From: Gracilinanus agilis
Lineage: Eukaryota
Assembly (NCBI RefSeq): GCF_016433145.1
Contig: NC_058133.1
Coordinates: 212,644,132-212,708,131, forward strand
DNA: 64,000 nucleotides
Direction: 5' to 3'
The position numbers and the translations under genes were made by a program. Every line of letters starts with the position of its first letter. The stretch's first letter is position 1. Below the pieces are notes generated by a model. That model was given only the letters and a program-made list of their open reading frames with translations. It ran no database searches and was not told where the DNA came from. Below, in pieces: positions 49,834 through 62,673 of the stretch.

Positions 49834-50441
49834 GTTGTTGTTTTAAACCCTTACCTTCTGACTTAGAATCAATACTGTGAATTTGTTTCCAGACTTCTAG
49901 AACAGTGGTAAGAGCTAGGCAATGGGGGTTAATTGACTTGCCCAGAATCATACAGCTAGGAAATATCCGAGGTCAGATTTGAACCCAGGACCTCCCATCT
50001 TCAGGGTTCTATCCACTTAGCCACCCCTTAAATGCTTGCTTTCTTTTTTAAAACCTTACTTTTGTCTTAGTAACATTTCTAAGACATAAGGACAAGAGCT
50101 AGGCAAAAGTTACTTGCCTTGGGTCACACATCTAAGAAGTTTCTGGGTGTAGATTTGAACCCAAGACCCTCCCATCCTCAGGCCTGACGCTCTTCTTATC
50201 TACTGAGGCACCTAGCTGCCCCATCAGCTTTTTTTTTTTTTTTTTTTTTTTTTAAACTTGACCTTCTGTCTTAGAATTGATACTGTGTATTGATTCCAAG
50301 GCAGAAGAGTGGTATGAGTTAGGTAATCGGAGTTAAGTGAGGTGCCCAGGGTCGCACTTCTAGGAAGTGTCTGAGGTGCAGTTCTCAGAACCTACCATCT
50401 CTGGGCCTGGCTCTCAATCCACTGAGCTACTTAACTGCCCC
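49834..50441 (-). mobile_element. Cluster of three antisense SINE-1-like elements
   Basis: Consensus copies at about 49834-50028, 50047-50222 and 50245-50441. Confidence 0.85.
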
Positions 50442-51204
50442 ACCAATATGTTTTGATATAAGTTCATATAAGGTTATTTTATGCTTCTCTGATTTCTTCA
50501 GTCACTAATTATGCAGTAATATTCCATTACATTTACAAACCCCATTTGTTCATGCACATTCTGCATTTGGGAGCATTTACCTTGTTTCCAGCTGAACTGT
50601 ATAATCTTAATGGCATAATATTGTCAATTTTTAAGTTTTACCTTTTTAAACCATTAGGAATTTGGGAAATGCTAGTAGGGGTTTTCTCAAATTCTCTCTT
50701 TAATAGTAAGTAGAATTTGTGGGGTCTCAGTTTGCTTTAAGCTTTTTCACCTAATCCAATTTCTGTGGTTGTCTCATTGCATTACTTAATGAGTTCATTG
50801 TATTGATATCAGAGATATATAGTATCTGTACAAGGATTAGGAAACTTTTTCCCTCTAGTTGAAGACCACACAAATAAAAATCACTTTAATTTAGAGAAAG
50901 ATAAAATATTCTACTTTAAAATTAATAATAAGGAACCAAAAAAACTTTAGTAAATACATTTTTTTAAGTATTCGATTCTCTCTTGTGGCTGATTAGAGTA
51001 GAGAAAAAAGGATAAAGGAAAGCAAGAATGAAGTAAAATTTCCATGTTTAAAGCTTGTGCCCCAAAGACTGTTGAAATGAAGGATTCACTATTTAACAAA
51101 AACTGTTAAGAAAACCAAAAAAGCATTCTGGCAGAAATTGGGCATAGTGCAGCATTTCACATCATATACCAAGATATAAGCTTCAGATGGATATATGACT
51201 TCAG

Positions 51205-51450
51205 GCAGGGAGGTGGGGGGAAGTGGATATAGCCCTGGGTGCGGTCAAGAAGACTTCAGTTCAAATCCAGAGGTGGATACTTACCCAGCTTGTGTATGAC
51301 CCTGGACACATCACTTAACCCTGTTTGCCTTATTCTCTCATCCGTAAAATGATCTGGAAAAGGAAATGGCAAACTATTCCAGTATCTTTACTAAGGAAAC
51401 CCTAAATGGATGCTCAAAAGAGTGAGACATGACTGAACAGCAACAACAGA
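51205..51450 (+). mobile_element. MAR1-like CORE-SINE with RTE-type tail
   Basis: CORE domain plus ggaaatggcaaactattccagtatcttt...gacatgactgaacagcaacaac tail. Confidence 0.7.
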
Positions 51451-52129
51451 AACAGGTTAATTAGATTTTTTTTTTAAGATGTCATAGAAAACCCGTTAGA
51501 GGAAAAGGGAGGAAAATACTTTCCTTTCTGGAGCTGTGTCTAGGGAAAGAAGAGTTAATGACTGAATTTGGGGGTGTTTAAATTCATAATTTTAAAAATT
51601 AATTGAAAACTTAAAAAGAATTAAACCATCATTCTCAGAATTACAGGCATATTTTGGATTTCCCTTCATTCCAGAAGGTATAGTTATTAGGAATAATATG
51701 AATCTGTTTTATTTTTTACAAGTGCTTATCTGTCCCTGCCACTGGCCCTGTCTAATATACTATGAATTCCTTGAAAAGCAGAGTGTAGGTTTAATAAAAT
51801 GCTTGTTGACTTACCCTCCACCTCCTTATAGAATAATTAACCCCACTTCCCCCTCAAAACAACAACAACAAACAACCATACAATATGCACAGATCCAATA
51901 AGGCAGTTTTCCATACTGACCATGTTTAAATATACATGCCTCTTTGTGGACTTCAGTTCTATCACCACTTTGGCAGGATTCATTTTCATTTCTGTGGACT
52001 TGGTGGATTATTGTATTAACCAGAATTCTTTTAAGATTGTTTTAATGTTATTAGTATATAAATTGTCCTAGTTCTGCGCACTTCAGGTCCTAGAGGTTTT
52101 GCCAGTTTCCTCTCATTGTCATTTTTTTA

Positions 52130-52660
52130 ATAGTACAATAATATTCCATAATTTGTTCTGCTGTTCTCCCCATTTAGTTTCCCATTTAGGGCTTCTATGA
52201 AAAGAGTCATAACTATTTTTGTGTATATAAGCCCTTTTCTTCTTCCTTTAATCTCTTTGGAATGTAATATGGGCCTAGTTGGTAGTATAGTTGAGTTAAA
52301 GGGGTGTGTATGCACAATTTAGTGACTTTTTTCCAGATTGCTTTCTAGAAAAACTGAATCAATTTACACCACCTCCAATAGTGCATACCATGTTTTATAT
52401 AGTCCTTCCAACATTTGTCATTTTCTTTATTTGTCATCTTTGCCAGTTTGATAGGTATATGTTGTAATCTTGAGTCATTTTAATTTGCGTTTCTCTAATT
52501 ATTAGTGATTTGGAGCATTTTTACTACTCTTCATATCCTTTGACTATCTATTGGAAAATGGCTTTTAGCCATATGAATTTGAATTAATTACTTATAATCT
52601 TGAATGAGACTTATCAGAGAAACTTGCTGCAAAGGTATTTTTTCCCAGTAACCTTCCTCT
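52130..52660 (-). mobile_element. L1 fragment
   Basis: ttccagattgctttctagaa...tagtccttccaacatttgtcatttt...ttaatttgcgtttctctaattattagtgatttggagcattttt pattern. Confidence 0.75.
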
Positions 52661-53200
52661 TTTTCCCCCAATTAATTTTTAATGGGTCTCTTTCTAACTG
52701 ATAATACCATTCATTATATAAACCTTGAGGATGATTACCTTTTTGAGGATCTGATTTATGATCTCACATTTCAATATTCTATATTTTTCTTCATATCTAT
52801 TGCTTGTATGAATTTATAGAAAATTCTTTTTCACAATTCAGCCTCTCCAATTCTTGCTCTACCACAGAGGTATCAGGAAAATAATTCATCAGGTATGATA
52901 GACATTAAACTTTAATTACAGTTTCAGAGAACTTTGGAATAGCCTATCATTTCTACCAAGAACTCATGAGTAATGGAATATGCATGTTGATCAGAATATT
53001 ATTTTAAACCTCTCCCTATAATCACTTTGCTCTTGAGGTGAGAAGATTTCTGTACTATATACTTCATGACTTTTAGCAGAAGTCATACATAAGAATAAAA
53101 CTAAGAAAACTAATTGTGTGGCTTGTTAATCCAGTAGTGGTACTTCTGAGATTCTCAACATAAGAGCTTTGGGCTTTTAAACAATATTAATACACAGTTA

Positions 53201-53389
53201 AGGGGGCAGCTGGGTAGCTCAGTGGATTGAGAGCCAGGCCTAGAGATGGGAGGTCCTGGTTTCAAATCCGGCCTCAGACACTTCCCAGCTGTGTGACCCT
53301 GGGCGAGTCACTTGACCCCCATTGCCTACCCTTACCACTCTTCCACCTATGAGTCAATGCACAGAAGTTAAGGGTTTAAAATAAAAAAA
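53201..53389 (+). mobile_element. Young SINE-1 copy with 12-nt TSD aatacacagtta
   Basis: TSD at 53189-53200 and 53390-53401. Confidence 0.93.
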
Positions 53390-54414
53390 AATACACAGTT
53401 ACATAAAAATCACCCTTTCATTTTGGAAGAAGGAACAAATCTAACATTGACAAATAAGAGTGCAGACTGAAAAACTTTTCTGTGACCTCACAGTTATTAG
53501 GTTGTAGTAGGAATTCATTGGTAGTTAGCTCTTAAAATTCCCTCCCTTCCCCTTAGGCCTTTAGAATTCAGTTTCTTGCTGGAGGACATCTCCGAGACCT
53601 GAGTCAAATACTATTCAGTGCTTGGATACGAAGACTTAGAACTAAAAGAGTGACTTTCCTCCAGAAGCTTGGGGGGGGGGGGGTGATTAACAAAGAAACA
53701 AGTAATTTCAAGGTAATTTGAAGAGAGAAGAGACCAGACAGCTTGGGAGACACATCAGGAAGAATGTCATGAAGAACAGCAATAGGGTAAGTATCCTGAG
53801 ATGATTTATTTCAGTAATGGTTAGTAAGTCCACTATACAAGTTACTGTTCTCCCCACTCCCAGCTAATTAAATGTCTTCTTTTGGTAGCTCTTGGTATTG
53901 AAGTGGCCTTGATCATTTTTATACAACAGATACATTCTTAGAACTAGGAATTAAGTAAAACCTATTTTGGTTTTTACTCTTTCACTGTCCTCCAAACTTC
54001 TCAGTATCTTTATTTACTTCCTCTCCTATCCTCTGGTCACTGAAGTATCCCTGATCTTCATTAGAAAGTCATCTCTGCTTTCTAAGACCTTCCTCCAACA
54101 GTCATTTTTTTCTTTCTTTAGTTCTGTCCCAATACTGGCTCTTCACTATTTTATAACTACAAGAACCATCAAGTCTTGCCCATCTTAAAAACAAAACCAT
54201 TTGCCCCATCCACTTATTGTCTCAATTCACTTCCCCTTTCACTGCTAAATTTTTTGGGGAAAGTCCACATCCCAGGTTTTCTCCATATTCACTACCTTAC
54301 TTTTATCCATTCTAATTACTAGCCTTCACTAATCCACTGAAACTGCTCCCTAGTTACAAAACCCTTAGCTTTTTTTCAGTCCTCATTCCCTTTGAAAGCC
54401 TATCATCCTCTCCT

Positions 54415-54503
54415 ACAGAGAGAGAGGAGAGAGAGGAGAGAGAGTGTGAGAGAGTGTGAGAGAGGAGTGAGAGTGTGAGAGTGTGTGTGTCTGTCTGTCT
54501 GTC
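54415..54503 (+). repeat. Compound (GA)n/(GT)n/(GTCT)n microsatellite
   Basis: Seen directly. Confidence 0.9.
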
Positions 54504-55827
54504 TTTGGCCCTCTAAACTGCCCTTAGAAACATCCAACAGGTTATGAGAAGGCTCCAGCAGCAAGTGAACTTTTACAAAATTTCTTGCTATAATCATGTA
54601 ATCTCAGTCACTCCAAAACCTTTAATTACTGCCTCTCTGTAAATCATTCTTAAGCCTTGTATTCCTAGTCCTGCCCTCTTCTGGCTTTCAGATCTATATT
54701 CCCAATTGTGGGTCATTTGTCAAGTACCTCTCACTCAAAACATGAAGTAGGAAATGGACAAGACTAAAAATCAGAAGATCATGAATAAGCAAGTCACTCA
54801 ACCTCTCTTAAGTCTGTTTCTCAATCTATAAAATGGAAAGATTCTCAGAAATTCCTGGGTTCCATCAAAGTTCATTCAGTTCAAGCAATTGAAAGACCTT
54901 TCTCAATTAGTATTACATTAACTTGTATTTACTTTGTATATATTTTAGACCAGCTTATATGCATACATATTGTTTCCCCTGATAGAATTGTAAGCTCCTT
55001 TAGGGAAGGGAATAGTTTGTATTTGTTTGTATTCTCAATGTCATTAATAAATATTTGTTTATTGATTGGAAAGCCCACACTAGGTGACCTCTAAAGTCTC
55101 TTTCACCTCTACACACATGATCTTAGATATAAGACAGAACTTATGTTTTCCCTTAAGCTTTTCATTTGCTTATTTCACTCGGCAATTCCTTTCTCAAACT
55201 TGACCACTTTGTTCTGTGACATTTTGCCTAGTTCTTCCATTTTTGAACTTTTGTGGGTAGGGAGTAGAGTAGTCTTTTTTAGTCTTTAATCCCCTCATAT
55301 AATTTATATTTGATCATTTATATAGTGCTTTAAGTTTGGCAAAGTACTTGATCTTATTTGATTTTCACATTATGTAGGGTCTTATCCCTATTTTACAGAT
55401 AAGGAAACTGAAGTAAAGACAGGTTAAGTGGCTTGCCCATCAGAAGCTGCAAGATTTGAACTTGGGCCTTCCAGCTTCCAGGACTATCTCACTGCACCAC
55501 CTGTTGTTCACCATATTGTTACAATTCTACCTGCATAATATGTCCTTTCTTCTGATCCTACAGTCATCACTGTTGGTTGTAACTAGTGTAATTTCCCCTC
55601 CTCTCCTTTTATCTATTCCTTACTAACACTGCCCGAAAATTATTTTCATGCCTAGGTCATGTCATTTTATTATTCATTAACTCTGAATTGCCTAAAAAGT
55701 AAAATCTTGGCCTTTGAGGTGCTTAACCTCTACCCTCTTGTTCTTTCCACCTCCATACTCTTGTGCATGGTATTCTCTTTGTCCAGAATGTATGCTTACC
55801 TTCTGCTTATTGTTCCTTATTCTTTTT

Positions 55828-56021
55828 TTTTAAATCTTTAATCTTCTGTTTTAGAATTAATACTAAGTATTGGTTCCAAGGGGAGAGTGTAAGGGCTAGG
55901 CATTTGGAGTTAAGTGATTTGACCAGGGTCACACAGCTAAGGGAGTGTTTGAAGAAAGATTTGAACCCAGGACTTCCCAGCTTTAAGCCTGGCTCTTTAT
56001 CCACTAAGCAACCTACCTGCC
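55828..56021 (-). mobile_element. SINE-1-like element
   Basis: Antisense consensus; accounts for ORFs 55763..56152 and 55807..56004. Confidence 0.85.
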
Positions 56022-57024
56022 CTGTAATTCACATAGTATTTCTTTTATTCACTAAGCTTTTCCTGCATCTCTTATCATTCAGCTATCATTTCATGCATCA
56101 CCTCTGTAATTGTCTAACTATGTATCATAGTTGCATTTGTCTACAATTGTAAACTCCATGATAGTGACTGATTTTCTGTAGCTTTGCATGTTGTGGATCC
56201 TTAATAAATGTTTGATGATTTGTACCAATTTGGGGTTAAAGACAATTCTGAATTAGCAAAAATTTAGACCTATAATGCACATTGCTCTTAAATCCTTAAT
56301 TGGTTTCAGGAAAACATTACAGATAAAGTAAGTCATACTTAGTACCACAGGAACAGTGTTACAAATGAGTGATTGAATTGGGCTATAATGTATTATGTGA
56401 AATGTTTAAATGGTGAAAGTGTTTGTTGGGGAAACTTTTATTGGGGGGGCATGCTTGTAGAGAGTATTTTTAAAGGAATGACAAAAGGTTTCATAAGATT
56501 ATAAATACCTTAAAAATAATTCTAAGTGTAGTAGCTTTATTATTTTCACATAATTCCTGGGGAAAATTGTTTATCAAATAGAAGATATTAATAGACCTTT
56601 CTTTTCATAGATTTAAAAATATTTAGATACATTTATTTTTGTATGCAACAGAAATTGCTAGTTTCAAAGATTAAATGTTTTCCCCAGTCTTAATTATGCT
56701 AGTGTAATAAATTATGATTTTTTCATAGTTTAAGGACCATGTTATGAATTCAGAAATAGTTTCTCTAAGTTAATGAGATCTTCTGTCATGGAGTATTTTG
56801 TGATGCTCGGGGGTATGACTTAAAATTAATTCATGTTGGAGTTTATTCAGGAATATTTTGTTTTTACTTATTCAGATCTTTCTTCTTTTACAATTTTGAA
56901 ATAGGTGTTGCCTTTTCACCAAGAAGTGCCAAATTTGTCATTACAATTGTAAACTTTGCTATATTATAATTTTAAGATGAAAGCTTGATTAGAAACTGAT
57001 TATAGTTCTCACCTTAATTTTCAG

Positions 57025-57087
57025 ACAGCACCCGTAACGAAAAACAGTAAAGAAAACAGACTAAGAGGAAACAAAGTGTTCTGTGCG
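57025..57087 (+). CDS. FAM104A: Candidate in-frame FAM104A cassette exon (63 nt): TAPVTKNSKENRLRGNKVFCA
   Basis: ttctcac branch-like motif + cttaattttcAG; donor gcg|GTGGGT; phase 0/0 with no stop; retained CpGs. Confidence 0.55.
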
Positions 57088-58505
57088 GTGGGTTTCTTAT
57101 CCAGTGTAGCAAACTTACTTTGTGACTACTATTCATTAACCCAGGGGCCTGTTCAAACAGAGGCTCTAGCAGACATACTTCTAGGATATATATTTTCCTA
57201 TAGGGAAAATGTTGTTTTATTTTGACTTATTAACTTATAAATTATTATATATAAAGGCCAGCTATATATGAACTTCATTTTTACAGCTAACAATACTGTC
57301 ACTTCTTAGGGTGGACACATTCTTCAGTCTGTCTTCAGATGGCCTAATAATTATTTTCTTGAGCTTAAAAAAAAGAACTTTTATCTTCATCTTTCTAAAT
57401 TGCTTGGCTCTGGCTTCTTGTAGAAAAAATGGGTGTGACACATGTTGACTAGATTCAGCTGACTGGTGGAACAAGAGTTTTGTTCTGTTATTAGGATGTC
57501 ATTTTCCTAATATTGTCATCCATGCTATTACAGATGGTCATGCTTATACGTTGAACTTTGACATAATTAGAACTTATTAGTTTAATTATACTTCTGTAGA
57601 TGTCATTTTAAAATTAAATGGTAGAGCAGCAAAAACAAGGGTTTCTTTAAATATCCTCATTTTTGCCTGTCTCAAGGAACTCAAAGGAATTTAGATTGCA
57701 AGAGGGTCAAGAATTTAAAATTCCTTTGTGTATAGGATCATTATTAAAATTCTAAATTTCTTAAGTTTTCTTCTCTTGCTGTGTTGCTAGATTGACATGC
57801 TTTAAGGTTTTTGTTATTGGTTTGTGTTATGTTTTGAATCTTAGGAACGGAATAAATGTTCCTAACCTAGTTACCTTAAGGTTATTTAAGAAGCAATAAT
57901 AATCAAATTTTGAAATGAGTTCTGTTGGAACACCTCTCTTCAGAGACCTAACATTGAGAATAAAGTCTGATAACGATTGTTCCATATGACCGCAGGAGGC
58001 ACTGAATCAACTGAGTTCATTTAGTAAGGCAGGAGGGAGGAAACAGGTGGCAAATTTAACACCAAACAGGAATGCCAATTTTTTAGACAGACTCCTGAAA
58101 TTATATTAAAGACTGAGCAAAATACACTTCTTACATTAGTGTAGTACATTATAGTTCATGAACAGGTAAGAACTTCAAAATTGTAGCAAAAATCGCTTTT
58201 TTCACTTTGACTCGCACTTTTTTTTTTTTTTTTTTTTTTGCTTCTTTCTTTCCCTTCCTTCCTTTCTTCTCTTTTTTGATGATGGTTAAGATGTTCCTGA
58301 CACCATATCCTGGCCTCAATGGTTGACAGCTTCCCTGGAGGCCCAGAATTTCCTTTCTACACAGAAGTTGAAATGGGTGGAAAAATAGTACATCAGAAGT
58401 GTTAAGGGGAAACACATGGGTTCTTCTAAATGTTCTGAGGATAAGAGAACATGCAAAGGTAATATTGCCGTTAACCTTTTTCTCTCTTTTTCTCTTGTTT
58501 TCTAG

Positions 58506-58751
<246 letters not shown>

Positions 58752-59486
58752 TGAACTAGCAGTTCCTTGCCTTCTGTGAAGGGACAGCACTGTGCAGATT
58801 TGATATTTCAACTTAAAAAGTTTGTTAAAAAATTGCACAAAATATGCCTGTTGGCTTTTCAGTCTACATTTGAAATGACAGGGTAGCAGGCATTTGTTTA
58901 CTTGTGGTTTTGCTGCACTATTGCAATGTCAGAGGGGCTTTGAAGCCATTTTTATGGGATTCTTTTCAGGGTGGGTGTCATCCCAGTGAAGGTGACGGTA
59001 GGAGGAAACTGCATCTGCATGTTAAGAGTCCGTACTGGCTCCATTTCACATTTGGAAACAAATTGGAAACTTACTATTTTGTGCAAGGAGTCCTTTTAAA
59101 ATCTTGGGGGGGGGGGTCTTCAAATTTTAAAGATTTTTTAAAAAATTCGGTAAACTAGTAAAGACTAGTTTGCATGATAAACATTAGTTTTCTTTCCCAA
59201 AGTATAAAAGAGCTTGCTTCTGGCTTGGACTGAAGCTGGCTACCATACTACCTCTCAGTATGCAGATGTCCTATTGAAATTAATTTCCTCTGTTACAGGG
59301 GGAGAAAAACTAGAGCAAGCTTATTAGATTAGACTTTGTAAGATGGAAACACCCTCCCTACAGTCTGTCTTCTCTTCCCTATCTAAAGTGTTTGCATTTC
59401 CAGGGAGAGTGTCTTTTTGACACCTCCTTGAATCCCAATTATTTCTATGATACCATTATTCCTCCAAAGGCTAGATTTTTAAGGCT

Positions 59487-59492
59487 TTTATT
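59487..59492 (-). promoter_or_regulatory. Candidate COG1 poly(A) signal AATAAA
   Basis: Plus-strand tttatt about 385 nt past the COG1 stop, with a UGUA element upstream on the minus strand. Confidence 0.55.
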
Positions 59493-59873
59493 GGCAAACA
59501 CTGCACAGTTTTGAAAGACAAGAAGTTGTACTGTATTTGTAACCTTTGTCTTGGACACAAATGTACATTAGCAGCTTAAATGATCTCGTGATAATTCCAC
59601 CCTGTGGTGTCTAGTAAGGCACAGATGATTAACGATAAAGACTAAGCAACCTGAGCTGGTGTTTAAGGTAACAGGTACTGTAGAAACTGTGTGTTAGCTT
59701 AGGTTCAATTTCATATTTGAAGTACCTTCTCATAGTCACTAGGGGGCCACATTCCCTCATTGAAACCACAAAAATTGATGGAACTTAGAAACAAATTAGC
59801 AGAGGCACTAATAAATACATGGTAATATTTATTTAGAAAAGGAGGGGTACGTCCTGATAAAAATTGCTTCGTT

Positions 59874-60017
59874 TTATTTAGTCATGTTAGCAAGCCAACT
59901 AAGTGTGAAACGAGATGATGGGGTAGATGTGTCTTCCTCTTCTGTGACAGACTGTCTGAACAAGGAACCAGGACGCATCATGACATCATCTGCTCTGGGG
60001 AGTGTTGGAAGTACAAC
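59874..60017 (-). CDS. COG1: COG1 terminal coding exon: VVLPTLPRADDVMMRPGSLFRQSVTEEEDTSTPSSRFTLSWLANMTK*
   Basis: atggCAG acceptor (plus 60018-60020); phase 0; matches the human COG1 C-terminus (PGSLFRQLVSEED...WLSSMTK, recalled). Confidence 0.93.
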   Translation of the reverse strand, partial: VVLPTLPRADDVMMRPGSLFRQSVTEEEDTSTPSSRFTLSWLANMTK

Positions 60018-61071
60018 CTGCCATTAGATTTAAAGGAAAGTGCCTTAGATTCTATAGGAGATTCTCTTACCTGCTTACCCACCTCCAGTCTTCTGTTCTG
60101 AAAGCCACCCAGCACATAAAACTATTGATGTTGCTAGTGAGAAGACCTTTCCCCTATAGTTAAGGTTAGAGAAAGTCTATTTGAAAGAACCACTTTGCTT
60201 GACTGGTATTCACTTTTACTTAGGTGACAGAACTAGTAAGTCAAACTTTTAAGGAAAAGAACAAGCTTAATTAAATACACTTCCTTTCAACTGCTCACTC
60301 CTTTAGTGTGAATAGGATTTGCCACAGATACCTGAAGAAATTTAATGTTATGAGGAAGTTATGGCACCAGAGGTAAAACAGCTTTGGAATAGGCATAATT
60401 TTTTTTTTGTCTTAAATTGTCTTAAATTTTTGCTAATTTGAGAGCATTAGAAGCCCTTCCCTCAGAAATTCTTTCTTGGAGGGAAAGTTGTATATTATAT
60501 TCTCTAATCCTCTCACCACCACCCTTTAAAAAAAAAAATCTGTCAGATCTAAAAAATTTTAGGATGTTTTCTTAGGAAGTTTCTAAGTTTTAGGAAGCAG
60601 GTCCTAACCAGGTGGGTCTACAGAGAATGGGGAAAGAATATATTAACATCTGTTTTTTAGTTATAGATACAGGGCAAACAGCTACATATGAAGGGAAAAG
60701 AACTGGTTTGAGTTTTGAAATACCCTAGTAAGACTGGTGCAGGCTTTATTGGATAGCAAACAGCTTGGAAAGGGATTAAGTTTCTTGTTTCCTCCTAACT
60801 AAAGTTGTAGAGGATGAAACCATGACTAGGACAAAAGAAGTTTTTCTGTTTTCCAAATGAGTACAACAATTTCAAGGGGCTGGTTATGTAACTCCAGCCC
60901 CCCTCCCTAGTATGCTAAATAAAACTCCATCTTGTCTTTTGCAGAATTTTCTATAGTATTAGCAGCCCAAAATACTATCACACCACTATGAGGCTGCTCT
61001 GTCTAAACTCAATCATCTTTTTAAACATCTCAGCTTAATCTAGTAAGATCTTGTACTTGTATCGCACCAAC

Positions 61072-61077
61072 ATTAAA
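61072..61077 (+). promoter_or_regulatory. Candidate distal FAM104A poly(A) signal ATTAAA (AATAAA alternatives at 59810-59815 and 60918-60923)
   Basis: Hexamer followed by GU/U-rich gcatgttgtcatttagttctttctt. Confidence 0.5.
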
Positions 61078-61184
61078 TGCAGCATTAGTGCATGTTGTCA
61101 TTTAGTTCTTTCTTCCCCAAAAGGCTCTATGGAAAATGGGGAGGGAGAGCCACTGGACAGAGGTTCCAACCTGCGCTCACTAAC

Positions 61185-61263
61185 CTGGTCTTTGGGTTCT
61201 GTGCTTCGGCTAGAGGACTTAGCCTTTCGCGTGCTAGTCGTGCTAAGTGGAAGAAGTCCAAAC
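61185..61263 (-). CDS. COG1: COG1 penultimate coding exon (79 nt): (R)FGLLPLSTTSTRKAKSSSRSTEPKDQ
   Basis: ttttCAG acceptor; cag|GTTAGT donor; lies inside ORF 61098..61313(-). Confidence 0.94.
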
Positions 61264-61344
61264 CTGAAAAATGAAACAAAGAAGGTCTCAGAAGAGTAAC
61301 TAGGAAACCCCAAGGCATAGATATGAAGTCCCTTATGAGCTTAC

Positions 61345-61454
61345 CTGATCTGACTGGATGCCAGTGGCAGTATGTTATGGGGTTCTTGGGAGTTGAAAGC
61401 ACTGCTCCGGGTAGAAAACTGATTGTCTGTTCCAGTTAGCAATCCAAATAGAAC
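61345..61454 (-). CDS. COG1: COG1 coding exon (110 nt): VLFGLLTGTDNQFSTRSSAFNSQEPHNILPLASSQI(R)
   Basis: ctcccCAG acceptor; ag|GTAAGC donor; an 81-nt intron follows. Confidence 0.95.
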
Positions 61455-61940
61455 CTGGGGAGTAGGGGTGGGGGAGGAGAATGGGACACACAGGAAAATT
61501 AACATGATGATCTTTTATTTATTGCCTTCTTAAAGTATGGAAATATTCTTTTAGGTTAAAAATTGCCTCTGATAAACTTTTCTTCTGCTTTGAGTTGAAT
61601 AGAATACTAGGCTCTACCCTTAAAAGTGATTTCTTTTCCTACCACTGATCAAAGGAAGTTATTTGTATTTTATTAAGCTTCCCTTGCTGCAATTTTTAAA
61701 GGTTAATCTTTATTTCCAGCCACTTGGGGAGGATTTTGTAATGATCATCTGAGTTAAGATTTAACTTGACCTGCCTCAAGCTTACTACCTGCTATAACAT
61801 GGAGCCTACATATAACTAGAATTTCCTCCACCTTTCTGAGAGGCAACTGCCGACATAACTGCCAAATGCTTTGACTTGTTTATTTTGCAACCTGAACTTC
61901 CCCCACACTGGGCTTACAGCTAGTTCCCATCTTGGCTTAC

Positions 61941-62049
61941 TGAGGTTCGTTGCACCAGGCGATTAAGGTTGCTATTTAAGTGTGGTGTAAAGACATCTAG
62001 GTCAAATGGATCTATGAGACCTTCTAAGAAGTCTGTTACTTTTTCAATT
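61941..62049 (-). CDS. COG1: COG1 coding exon (109 nt): (R)IEKVTDFLEGLIDPFDLDVFTPHLNSNLNRLVQRTS
   Basis: ttctcttcCAG acceptor; tca|GTAAGC donor; conserved IDPFDLDVF motif; lies inside ORF 61920..62117(-). Confidence 0.96.
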
Positions 62050-62545
62050 CTGGAAGAGAAAAAATTGGAATTAGAATTGCTTTTCTTAAAAGAAAACTCT
62101 TTAAAAAAAACTATCATACAAACAACCTCTACATGTGCTAGAAAAAACCCAGTACTGGGATTTGTTTTACTTGTTTTTGCTTTTTAAATGGAAGCTTACT
62201 TTCTTCCCACAGTTGGCTGCAGAGTAGCCTCCACAATTTTATAATTAATCTCAGACTTGGACTAAAATATTCCTGAGGTCAGATCACAGACCGACATGAA
62301 GTTAATTTTTGGGGAAAGAGCCAGATTATACCCTATGGACTTGGGATGGTTGAGATTCAGATAATCTTATTTTCTCTCCACACCTACCACACTGTTAAGC
62401 CTGGATTAGTCAGATTCCACATGACCATTAGCAATATGGGCGCTTAGTTTTCAAAGCAAAAATAATTAACATCCAACTTGACCTCTTTACCTCCACCACC
62501 ACACCCACCCTTCCCCCAAAAGACTTTTAGGAATGGTAAAGCTAC

Positions 62546-62673
62546 CTGGAGTCCTGTTTACTTCGACCACTTTTTACCTCTTCAGTCTTGACTGTCAGCA
62601 CAATGTTGAGATAACGCAAATCATAAAGTAGTTGCAGTGCTCTGTTCTGAGTCATTGGGAATGTACCTTCTTT
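62546..62673 (-). CDS. COG1: COG1 coding exon (128 nt): KEGTFPMTQNRALQLLYDLRYLNIVLTVKTEEVKSGRSKQDS(R); upstream exons lie beyond the window
   Basis: tttgCAG acceptor; ag|GTAGCT donor; conserved ALQLLYDLRYL motif. Confidence 0.94.
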
